From NCBI GenBank assembly GCA_963813715.1, contig CAWFAK010000017.1, positions 192,001 through 256,000 on the forward strand: a DNA stretch of 64,000 nt, in the 5' to 3' direction. The notes beneath the pieces are model-generated. The model made no database searches. It was not told the origin of the DNA and saw nothing but the letters and a program-made list of their open reading frames with translations. Source of the DNA: an uncultured Planctomycetaceae bacterium (GTDB taxonomy: Bacteria; Planctomycetota; Planctomycetia; Planctomycetales; Planctomycetaceae). The position numbers and the translations under genes are program-made. Below are positions 42,080 to 51,869 of the stretch, piece after piece (position 1 is the first letter of the stretch; each line of letters starts with the position of its first letter).

Positions 42080-42778
42080 GTGATGTCCTCGTCTGACGTG
42101 AGTGTTGTGCTCGTGCATGGCGCTTGGGCGGACGGATCGAGTTGGGCAAAGGTGATCGCGCCACTGGCGGCCGACGGCGTCAAAGTCGTCGCCGCCCCGT
42201 TGCCCCTCACATCGTTTCGAGAGGATGTGGCGGCCCTCGATCGAACGCTGGAGCGCGTGACGGGGCCGATCGTTCTCGCCGGCCACGCCTATGCGGGCGC
42301 CGTCATCGCGGCGACGCGCGGCGAGAAGGTGAAGGCGCTCGTCTACGTCTCAGCCCTGGCTCCGGACGAGGGCGAAACTGTCGCGGATGTTTTCTACCGC
42401 ACTCAGCCGCACCCTCAGGCGCCCCTGTTGGCTCCCGACAAGCACGGGCTGATCTATCTGCCCGAGTCCGCCTTCGCCGCGGCCTTCGCCCAAAATGCGG
42501 TCCCGGCGGAACTGGCCGTGTTGGCAGCGGTTCAGCGACCGCTCTCGCCGGCATGCATCAACGTTGCCGTCGATCGACCGCTCTGGAAAGACCTTCCAAC
42601 CTGGTACCTCGTGGCCGAGCAGGACCGCATGATCGTCCACGAAAATCAGCGGTTCATGGCCGAACGGATGAAGGCTCGGGTGCGCGCGCATCCCGTCGAT
42701 CACACGGCAATCGTAACGGCGCCCTCCGTCGTCGTTGATACCCTCCGAGAGGCGATCGCCGAGGTTGTCGGATGCTGA
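42080..42778 (+). CDS. Alpha/beta hydrolase-fold protein with a non-canonical nucleophile elbow
   Basis: VLVHGAWADGSSW, GHAYAG, QDRMI, VDH. Confidence 0.85.
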   Translation: MMSSSDVSVVLVHGAWADGSSWAKVIAPLAADGVKVVAAPLPLTSFREDVAALDRTLERVTGPIVLAGHAYAGAVIAATRGEKVKALVYVSALAPDEGETVADVFYRTQPHPQAPLLAPDKHGLIYLPESAFAAAFAQNAVPAELAVLAAVQRPLSPACINVAVDRPLWKDLPTWYLVAEQDRMIVHENQRFMAERMKARVRAHPVDHTAIVTAPSVVVDTLREAIAEVVGC

Positions 42779-42833
42779 ACGCGCGCGCCGGCATCTTTCT
42801 CAGCAAACCCCTCCTCGCATAGAGAGCATCAGT

Positions 42834-44282
42834 ATGACCGTCGAAAATTATCAAAACCTCGTGATCGGCAGTGGCGTGGGAGGAAAGCTCATCGCGTGGA
42901 CTCTTGCCAAGAGGGGCCAAAGAACGGTCGTGGTGGAACGATCGATGATTGGCGGCGCGTGTCCTAACGTGGCCTGCCTGCCCAGCAAGAACGTGATTTA
43001 CAGTGCCAAAGCGGTGACACTTGTCGATCCCAAGCGCGGTCTTGGTGTCACGAAAGGGCAACTTCAAGTCGATATGCCCGCGGTGGCTCGCCGCAAGCGA
43101 GAGATGGTCAACCGTCTGGTCGAGATCCACGTTGCCAACTACAAGGAGAGCGGTGCCGAGCTTGTAATGGGAGAAGCGCGTTTCACCGAGTCGAAGACAG
43201 TTGAGGTGACGCTGAATGTCGGAGGAACGCGGATGCTCCGCGGCGAACGCGTGTTTCTCAACCTGGGAACCCACGCCAACGTTCCGGACGTGCCGGGACT
43301 TGCCGCCGCCACGCCGCTGACGCATGTGGAAGCCCTGAACCTCGAGCGATTGCCGGAGCATCTGCTGGTCATTGGCGGTGGTTACGTCGGCCTGGAGTTC
43401 GCCCAGGCGATGCGGCGTTTCGGCAGCCGTATCACGATTATTCACCGAGGAACGCAACTACTAGATCGCGAAGATCCCGAAGTGGCCAGTGCGATGCTCG
43501 AGCTGATGAAGGATGAAGGCATTGAGGTCTTGTTGCAGGCGCAAGTGCTGAATGTCTCCGGCCGATCGGGCAGCGGCGTAACCATGCAGGTTCGATCCGG
43601 AGGGAAGGAAACGTCACTGGAAGGCTCCGACATCCTGGTGGCAGCCGGGCGAACGCCGAACACGGATCGAATCAACGCGCGCACAGCAGGCGTCGAAGTT
43701 GATTCGCACGGTTATATTCGCGTGAACGAGCGGCTGCAGGCCACAGCACCAAACGTCTGGGCCCTCGGCGAGTGCGCCGGAAGTCCGCAATTCACTCATG
43801 TGAGTGAGGATGATTTTCGCGTCGTGCTGAGCGATCTCGACGGCGGCAATCGAACCACCCGAGGTCGCGTGATCCCGTCTTGCTTGTTCACCGACCCCGA
43901 ACTGGCCCATGTTGGCATGAGTGAATCGGAGGCGATGAGCAAGAACGTTCCTTATCGACTGATCAAGCATCCAATGGCGGGCGTGCTTCGGATGTACACA
44001 ATTTCGGAGACGCGAGGATTTGCAAAGGCTCTGATCGGGTCCGATGACCGGATTCTCGGGTTTACAGCATTTGGAGCCGAAGCGAGCGAGATGATGGCGG
44101 TCGTGCAGACTGCGATGCTGGGCGGGCTGCCCTATACGGCGCTTCGCGATGCGATCTTCGCCCACCCAACCGCAGCCGAAGGTTTGGTCGCCATGTTCGG
44201 CAGTCCGCTTCTAGAGCCAGAAAGGACGAAAGGCCAAGGCCCTGCCTCGGCCGCATCCACAACTTCTCGCCGATCAATTTAA
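42834..44282 (+). CDS. Pyridine nucleotide-disulfide oxidoreductase, RclA/YkgC-like
   Basis: IGSGVGG, GGACPNVACLPSK redox disulfide, IGGGYVGLEFA, IFAHPTAAE; no C-terminal Cys-Cys of MerA. Confidence 0.85.
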   Translation: MTVENYQNLVIGSGVGGKLIAWTLAKRGQRTVVVERSMIGGACPNVACLPSKNVIYSAKAVTLVDPKRGLGVTKGQLQVDMPAVARRKREMVNRLVEIHVANYKESGAELVMGEARFTESKTVEVTLNVGGTRMLRGERVFLNLGTHANVPDVPGLAAATPLTHVEALNLERLPEHLLVIGGGYVGLEFAQAMRRFGSRITIIHRGTQLLDREDPEVASAMLELMKDEGIEVLLQAQVLNVSGRSGSGVTMQVRSGGKETSLEGSDILVAAGRTPNTDRINARTAGVEVDSHGYIRVNERLQATAPNVWALGECAGSPQFTHVSEDDFRVVLSDLDGGNRTTRGRVIPSCLFTDPELAHVGMSESEAMSKNVPYRLIKHPMAGVLRMYTISETRGFAKALIGSDDRILGFTAFGAEASEMMAVVQTAMLGGLPYTALRDAIFAHPTAAEGLVAMFGSPLLEPERTKGQGPASAASTTSRRSI

Positions 44283-44538
44283 CCAGCGGAACGCCTCGGG
44301 TGGCTGGACTGTGCTCTAGTCGTGGTATCTCATCCGATTTTCGTGAAGCCCAGAAATGGACCGACCAGTGCTGCCCTGATAGGCACCGGAAACTCATGCA
44401 GCCTTGGGGCACCCCCCCGGAAGAACTTGACCGACGGCGATGGCTTCAATCCGAGACGAACTGTGATATGTTCATACGAGGCTGCGGGTCGCTTGTTCCG
44501 CAGCGATGGCTACACGCCGACGAAGAGGGGACGAGGCC

Positions 44539-45225
44539 ATGATCCGACGAGTTATTGCCATCCGGACCCTAATCATTGCGTTTCTGGTGCTGTTACTCGT
44601 TCCGGCGACAATGGCCTGCGCCGACGAACCCAGTCCAAACCTGACGGATGAGGAATTCGCCGAACTCATCAAATCGCACGATCACTCGCTGAACATGCTG
44701 CTCGGTCTCATCAGCGGCCTCAGCGACGAGCAATGGACCTTCAAGCAAAACGCCAAGCGCTGGTCCGTGGGCGAGTGTACGGAACACATTGTGCGATCCG
44801 AACGCGCTCTCTTCCAAAACGCGATGCAAGCGATGAAGAATCCGCCTGACCCGGACTGGTACGCGCGTACCAAAGGCAAAGCGGATTTCATTCGCAGGGT
44901 CATCCCAAACCGGAACCCGGGTGGCGTCGGCGGCGCGCAGGCACCGCTGGAAATCCAGCCGACGGAGAAATGGGGCCGCGCGAAGGCGATCGAAGAGTTC
45001 TACAAGATCCACGGCGAGGTGCGTGCGTATCTCGAAACCATGCCGCGCGAAATCAAAAACCATACCGTCCGGCATCCCTTCCCAATCTTCAACTGGCTGA
45101 ACGCACACGATTGGCTGCTGTACTTGCCTTTGCACACAGAACGTCACTGCAAGCAGATTATCGAAGTGCAGGCCGATCCAAGATATCCGAAAAAAGCGGC
45201 CTCGGTGGCGGCTGCGGCGAAATAA
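44539..45225 (+). CDS. Secreted DinB/YfiT superfamily protein (thiol S-transferase-like)
   Basis: Signal peptide; GLSDEQWTFK...WSVGECTEHI, HPF, HTERHCKQI metal-binding His triad. Confidence 0.85.
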   Translation: MIRRVIAIRTLIIAFLVLLLVPATMACADEPSPNLTDEEFAELIKSHDHSLNMLLGLISGLSDEQWTFKQNAKRWSVGECTEHIVRSERALFQNAMQAMKNPPDPDWYARTKGKADFIRRVIPNRNPGGVGGAQAPLEIQPTEKWGRAKAIEEFYKIHGEVRAYLETMPREIKNHTVRHPFPIFNWLNAHDWLLYLPLHTERHCKQIIEVQADPRYPKKAASVAAAAK

Positions 45226-45235
45226 TTAGCCTTGC

Positions 45236-45300
45236 TTGACCAACACGGTCAATTGGGGCGACACTGCACGAATCAGTCGGCTGGCGTTGGTTGACAACCA
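45236..45300. promoter_or_regulatory. Two perfect inverted repeats upstream of DUF2911
   Basis: TTGACC-N5-GGTCAA (45236-45252) and TGGTTG-A-CAACCA (45288-45300). Confidence 0.45.
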
Positions 45301-45330
45301 GTTCCTCCCCTAACGCTTTGAGGAGACATC

Positions 45331-45883
45331 ATGAGCATGCTTCGCGTAATCGTCTTGGCGACTGTGGTCGGCTTGTTGAGCACCGTTCCCGCTGACGCGC
45401 AACGAGCCCACGCGCAAGCGAGTCAGCCCTCACGAGACCGTGAGTGCCGTGATCGCAGGCAACGAGGTGAAGATCACCTACGGCCGGCCCTACTCCAAGA
45501 ATCCGCGCGGCACCGACATCCGAAAGATTTGGGGATCGCTGGTGCCCTACGGCAAAGCCTGGCGACTGGGCGCCGACGAGGCGACGACCATCGTGCTGCA
45601 AAAGGGGATCAAGATTGGCGACGCGGCGATTCCTGCCGGGACCTACACGCTGTACCTGATTCCCGAAGAGAATGGCGGCAAGCTGGCTTTCAGCAAGACC
45701 GTGGGTAAATGGGGGGTTCCCGTCGACCAGAAGAATGATCTGGTCCGTGTCGACGTCAAGAAAGAGCCGCTCTCGCCAGCGCTTGATCAATTGGCGATCG
45801 CCGTCCAGAAGGGCGACAATGGCGGCGTGCTGAAGTTCATGTGGGAAGACTCGCAGTACACTGTGAACTTCACCAACGAATAG
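45331..45883 (+). CDS. DUF2911 family secreted protein; frameshift near 45410
   Basis: Signal peptide; RVSPHETV, ITYGRPY, LVPYGKAWRLGADEAT, IPAGTYTLYLIP, MWE. Confidence 0.88.
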
Positions 45884-45944
45884 CGCGCCGATCTTGATCC
45901 GCCCAACCCCACCGACTCGTCGCAAGCAATCTGACAGTGCGCCT

Positions 45945-48473
45945 ATGCAATCCAGCTCTTCGACGACCGTCGGCATTCGCGCACGACTCCGGATTGCCGC
46001 TTGGACCGCCGTCGCGCTGATGCTTGTCGCGCTCGGCGCAGTCCAAGGCGGAATCGCCGCCCGCAAGCGCGGGAGCCGCGATCCTGGAAAAACTGCGTGC
46101 CTTTCAAGAGATGGGGAGCGTGCTGCACGTCGCCGCCCATCCCGACGATGAGAATACGCAGTTAATCACGTACTTGGCGCGGGGGCGGCGAGTCCGCACG
46201 GCCTATCTGTCGATTACGCGAGGCGACGGCGGGCAGAATGTGCTCGGCGGCGAATTCGGCCCGCAACTGGGGCTGATCCGTACGCACGAGCTTCTGGCCG
46301 CGCGGCGATTGGACGGGGGGAGACAGTTTTTTACGCGTGCGATCGACTTCGGTTTCTCAAAGGACCCCGAAGAGACGCTCAAGATCTGGGACGAGCAGGC
46401 GGTTCTGTCGGACGTCGTCCGCGTGATTCGCACATTCCGGCCCGATGTGATTGTGACTCGGTTCAGTCCGCAGGCCTCGCGCACGCATGGGCATCACACG
46501 GCCTCAGCGATTTTGGCCGTGGAGGCGTTCAAGCTCTCGGGCGACCGGACGGCGTTTCCCGATCAGCTCAAAGAACTGGAGCCTTGGCAGCCCAAGCGAA
46601 TACTGATGAACCGCGGCCTTGGTGGCGGTCGCGGCGGCGGAGAGGGCGCCGTGCAGCTCGACGTCGGCGGCACCGACGTGTTGCTGGGCGAGAGCTTCTC
46701 GACGATCGCATCGCGCAGTCGTGCGATGCACAAGAGCCAAGGGTTTGGCAATTTTGGAAGCGGCGGGCGCGGCGGCGGCAGCCGGCCGCGGACGGAGTCG
46801 TTTCAGCTCCTGGCCGGCGAACCGGCCAAAAAGGACATCTTCGACGGGATCGACGTGCAATGGACCCGCGTGCGCGGCGGTGCAGAGATCGGGAAACTGG
46901 TCAGCGAGGTGATCGCCAAGTTCAATCCGGCGCGATCCGGGCGCAAGCGTTCCCGATTTGTTGATTCTGCGCCGCAAGTTGACAGCTCTTGCGGACGAGC
47001 CGCTCGTTCGCGAAAAGCGTCGCGACTTCGACCAGATTCTACAGGCCTGCCTGGGCCTGGTCGTGGAGTCAACCTTGAGCACGGCCGAGGTCTCGCCTGG
47101 CGACTCCGTGACGATCGAGCATTCTGTCGTCCGCAAAGGCAAAGTGCCCGTCACTTGGCGGGGTGTTCGCTACCCGACTTTAAACAAGGAGCTGAAGCGG
47201 ACCGATCCGTTGACGTTAGACCAGGTCGTGAAGGTCACCGACCAGCAAACTTTGCCCGACGACATATCCGGTGAGCCAGCCCTATTGGCTTCGCGAGGTC
47301 CCAGGCGTCGGCGTGTATCGCGTGGCCGAGCCGAGCTTGATTGGCCAGCCCCTGGGGCCGCCTCCGCTTCTCGTGGAGCATGAATTTGAGGTCCAGGGGC
47401 AGACGTTCGTGGTGCCGATCGTGCCCACCGCCCGGGTGATCGAAAACGGAAAGCAGATCGAGCGTTCCCTCGAAGTGGTCCCGCCGGTGTTCCTCGGCTT
47501 CCCGTTCGAGGTAGCCCGTTTTGCACCGGGACAGAAGCGAAACGTGCAGGTCACCGTGTCCAGCAGTCGCCCCGGGGTTACCGGCGAGCTCACGTTGTCG
47601 GCACCAGCGGACTGGAAGGTGGCTCCCCGCTCGCAGAAGTTTCAGATCGACACGGGTTCCCAAGCCAGGTACACGTTCGAAGTGACGCCTCCGGCGCACG
47701 CCGCCTCGGCGTCGATCGTCGCCCAGGCCACGGTCGGCGGCCGCACCTACGACAACGGGCGCGTCGACATCCGTTATGATCACATCGGTCACCTCTTGTT
47801 GCAGCCGACCGCGCGGCTGACTGCCGCGTCTTTCGATCTGAACATTCGAGGGCGGAATGTCGGTTACGTCGAAGGCGCCGGCGATAGCGTCGCCGAATGT
47901 CTCGCGCAGATGGGTTACACGGTCAAGCCGCTCTCAGCCACGGATCTAACAAAAGAAGGTCTGCGCGGTCTGGATGCAGTCGTAATCGGCGTTCGCGCGT
48001 TCAACGTGCGCAAAGATCTGGGCAAGCACATGCCGGCCTTATTTGCGTTCGCCGAGGCGGGCGGAAATCTGATCGTGCAATACAACCGGCCCGAGGGCCT
48101 CAAGAGCGATCGATTCGCTCCGTACGACTTGGGTCTCTCGAGTCAGCGGGTGACCGACGAGCAGTCGCCGGTGACGTTTCTGGCTCCAGATCATCCGGCG
48201 CTCAACACGCCCAACAAAATCACGCGGGCCGATTTCGATGGGTGGGTGCAGGAGCGCGGGATCTATTTTCCGAATGAGTGGGATCAACACTTCAAGCCGA
48301 TCCTCGCGTTAAAAGACCCGAACGAACCGCCGCTCGAAGGCGGGATTCTGATCGCGGCACACGGCCGCGGCAACGTGATTTACACCAGCCTGGCCTGGTT
48401 TCGAGAGCTGCCGGCGGGTGTTCCCGGCGCTTACCGATTGTTTGCGAACCTTGTCTCGTTGGGCAAGGGCTGA
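45945..48473 (+). CDS. Large secreted PIG-L/LmbE family deacetylase with Ig-like (NEW3) and GATase-like C-terminal domains; frameshifts near 46025, 46935 and 47270
   Basis: AAHPDDEN, TRGDGGQN, DFGFSK, HGHH, SRAMHKSQGFG, GWVQERGIYF, FRELPAGVPGAYRLFANLVS. Confidence 0.88.
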
Positions 48474-48498
48474 AAATCCTCCAGCGCGGACGGGCGCC

Positions 48499-48654
48499 AT
48501 GGCCGAACGGACTGCCGACTCGTCGGACTCCGCAGAGAACGAAGCGACCCGGCTGCCTGTCTTCCGCACCTGGCCCGCGGTTTATGCCTTCGTCGTGGCC
48601 ACGTTCGTCCTCTGGGTCACGCTCCTCGCAGTCTTGGCGAGGACGTTCTCGTGA
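48499..48654 (+). CDS. Small single-TM protein preceding the SSS transporter
   Basis: LPVFRTWPAVYAFVV...LLAVLARTFS; stop overlaps the SSS start (GTGA). Confidence 0.75.
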   Translation: MAERTADSSDSAENEATRLPVFRTWPAVYAFVVATFVLWVTLLAVLARTFS

Positions 48655-50368
48655 ACGGAATCGATTGGGCTGTCCTGCTCATCACGATTCTGGGCATTGC
48701 TGGCTACGGGATCTGGGGCACACGCGGCCAGCGCAGTCTTCGAACTTTTTTGCACGGCTCAGGCGAAACGAGCTGGATGGTGATTGGCCTCTCGGTGATG
48801 GCCACGCAGGCCAGCGCCATCACGTTTCTCTCCACTCCCGGGCAAGGATATGAGAGTGGACTGGGGTTCGTGCAGAACTACTTTGGAGCCCCGTTCGCGT
48901 TGATCATCATCTCTGTCGTGTTTTTGCCGATCTATCGCCGTCTGAATGTCGACACCGCGTATGAATTCCTGGGGAGCCGCTTTGATTCCAAGACGCGCCT
49001 GCTCGGGGCGGCCTTGTTTCTTCTGCAGCGCGGGCTGGGCGCCGGGATCACAATCTACGCTCCGGCCATCGTGCTCTCGACGGTCATGGGTTGGCGTCTG
49101 GACCTGACGATCATCGGCAGCGGATTGGTGGCGATCGCCTACACCGTTTCCGGGGGCAGCGCCGCGGTTAACCTGACGCAAAAGTACCAGATCGGCGTCA
49201 TCTTCATCGGCATGATCACGGCCTTTTTTGTTTTGGTGTCGAAGCTGCCCGGCGACGTTGGCTTCTCCGGTGCGCTGACCGTGGCCGGAGGTTTGAATAA
49301 GCTGGAAGGCGTCGACTTCTCGTTCGATGTCGGCAAGCGCTACACGTTCTGGTCTGGCCTGCTCGGTGGACTGTTTCTCGCTCTGTCGTACTTTGGCACG
49401 GACCAGTCGCAAGTGCAGCGTTATCTGTCGGGCGGATCACTGCGCGAAAGCCGCCTGGGCTTGATGTTCAACGCGGTCTGCAAGATTCCTATGCAGTTCT
49501 TCATCCTGCTGCTGGGGGTGATGCTGTTTGTTTTCTATCAGTTCGAGCCGCCGCCAATTTTTTTCAATCAAACGGCCTGGAACAACGCGATTGCGACTAA
49601 GTCGGGCGGCCAATTGCAATCACTGGCCCGGCAATACGAGTCCGAATGCGCTTCCACCAAGACCGCAATCACCCGCTGGCTGGCGCTGGGCCACAGCAGT
49701 AATCCCGCGGAGGCTGATGCTGCGCGAACCAACGCGCAAGCGGCTTACCAGCAGAGCCAAGCGACCCGAGCCGAGGCCAAACGCGCCCTGACAGCCGCCA
49801 CCCGCGCGCGTCTTCCAACGATGCCGACTACGTCTTCGTGACGTTTATTCTGCATCACTTGCCGCACGGCCTGATCGGCCTGCTGATTACCGTATTCTTG
49901 GCCGCGACGCTCTCGTCAAAGGCTGCCGAGCTGAATGCCCTGGGGTCGACGACAACCGTCGACCTGTATCGGCACATCATGACTCGCCAGGCCACGGAGG
50001 CGCACTACCTGAAGGCATCGCGATTTTTCACGGCCATGTGGGGGTTGATTGCGATTTGCTTTGCCCTGTTTGCAAACATGGCGGAAAACCTGATCCAGGC
50101 CGTGAACATCGTGGGCTCGATTTTCTACGGCGTGGTGCTGGGGATGTTTCTGGTCGCGTTCTTGATGCGATGGATTGGCGGGACAGCCGTCTTTTATGCG
50201 GCAATCGTGTCGCAGGTGGCGGTGCTCGTGCTCTACTTCACGATCCCCATCAGCTACCTTTGGTACAACGTGATTGGCTGTGCGATTTGTGTCGTTTTGA
50301 GCGCGTGCGTGCAGATTGGCCTCGGCCCGATTGATCGCGAGCCAACCCGCGGGGTTAACCCAACATGA
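48651..50368 (+). CDS. Sodium:solute symporter; frameshift near 49800
   Basis: LSVMATQASAITFLSTPGQGY, TAYEFLGSRFD, YFGTDQSQVQRYL, LPHGLIGLLI. Confidence 0.92.
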
Positions 50369-51142
50369 GCGGGGAGCCCCTCATTTGCTTCGGCCAGCAA
50401 CCGTGCGGGTTCTTCCCACGCCGTTACCTCGTGGCGAAGATTCGGACCGCCCGGCGTTTGCAGGCGGAAATCGGGGGCAGAATTGTGTTTTTTTGTCACG
50501 ACTCCGATCACGATCCGCGCGAAACCAAGACCATCGTGCGCCACCGTCGCCTTGGCGAGCCGCTGCCCTTGAATTTCGCCTTCGCCAATAAGTGGCAGCG
50601 CAAATTCTCGCCGCTCTACGCCAAGCGAGTTCTGCCCGAGTGGCAAGCCAAAACGGCCATGACGCTGCATCCCTACGTGGAACCCTCTTTAGTCCAAGCG
50701 TTCGAGGAAACGCACGCCACGAACGTCGCCGATTTCTGCCTCGAGATGTACAAGCGGATGGGATTCTTGGAGGGAATGGACGATTGCGCGATCCAGCGAT
50801 CCGGCCTTCCGGGAAGCGGCCTGCGAAATCGACGACTACTATGTCGACGTGCCCTACGAGGGCGAAATTGTCCGCGCGCGTTACGTCAAAGGCGAACTGA
50901 TGCTCCACAAAGGGGGCGATGTCTATGAGACGTGCCCTCGTGTCCCTTTTGGCAAAAAGCAGATCAGCCCGGCGCGCGACACCCGCTTGAAATGGATGCA
51001 GTCGGTCGTGCAGTGCACGCACTATGTCGCGGGAGCAAGCGAACAGGACTATCTGCGTGTCGCGGACGCGCCCGAGGTAAACTTTGTACGCCGAGAGACG
51101 ATCGAGCGAGCAGATGAAGCCTATACCGACCTCCAACTCTGA
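50365..51142 (+). CDS. bshC: Half-size BshC-like bacillithiol cysteine-adding enzyme (~259 aa); frameshift near 50785
   Basis: GQQP, K, DSDHD, ISP...R...MQ and YVAGASEQDY match BshC TGQQ, EDHD, SPNVxxRPxxQ and YVGGPGExxY; adjacent to bshB1 and bshA. Confidence 0.7.
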
Positions 51143-51850
51143 ACCGGGACCGCTCTTGGTCTTCGGTGCCCATCCGGACGATATCGAGTTCGGCTGCGGT
51201 GCCATCGTGGCCTTGGAGACCCGCGCTGGCCGCCGCGTTCACTTGGTCGTCTGTTCGAAAGGCGAAGCCGGCACGTATGGCAGCGCCGAACAGCGAGTGG
51301 CCGAAGCCCAGGCCGCGGCCAAAGTGTTGGGCGCGTCGCTCGAGTTCGTCGAGTTCGATGGCGACGCACATCTCGAGCTTCGCGCGGCTCACGCCATCAC
51401 GCTGGCCCGACGTGTGCGGGAGCACAAGCCCGACATCGTGTTGGCGCCGACAGTCGTCCAGAATCAGCACCCGGATCACTGGCGGCTGGGGACGCTGGTT
51501 CGCGATGCCGTGAGGTTGGCTCGCTACGGCGGCCTGGAAGAGCTGCGTGCGCTCGCGCCGCATCGAATCGAGCAATTGTTTTTCTACGCGCTCGGTGCCG
51601 AAGCCGAACCCCGCGATGCGATGCCAATCTTGGTCGATGTCTCGCCCCCGGAGGTCATCGCGACATGGACCGCCGCCATGCAGGCCCACGCCTCTCAGGT
51701 TCGAGGCGCGAGTACGTCGAGCTCCAATTGAGCCGAGCGCATTATCACGGGCTCCGAGCGGGTGTGAGCCACGCGATCCCGCTATTCCCAAACGATCCAA
51801 TCCTTTTGGATTCGTTGGCCGCAGTCGAGCGCGCCGCTCGTGTCTTTTGA
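51114..51850 (+). CDS. bshB1: Bacillithiol biosynthesis deacetylase BshB1 (PIG-L family); frameshift near 51705
   Basis: FGAHPDDIEFGCG, GEAGTYGSAEQRVAEAQAAAKVLG, HPDH, HASQ. Confidence 0.85.
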
Positions 51851-51869
51851 TCAAGCAGAGCCAGCACAG

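Noticed and set aside
42834..44282. Mercuric reductase MerA
   Set aside because: No NmerA domain, no C-terminal Cys-Cys pair, and no mer genes nearby
44309..44338. Third copy of the ECF promoter upstream of DinB (TCATCCGAT at 44330)
   Set aside because: No GTAAC at the 16-bp spacing (it reads CTGTG), so it is not counted
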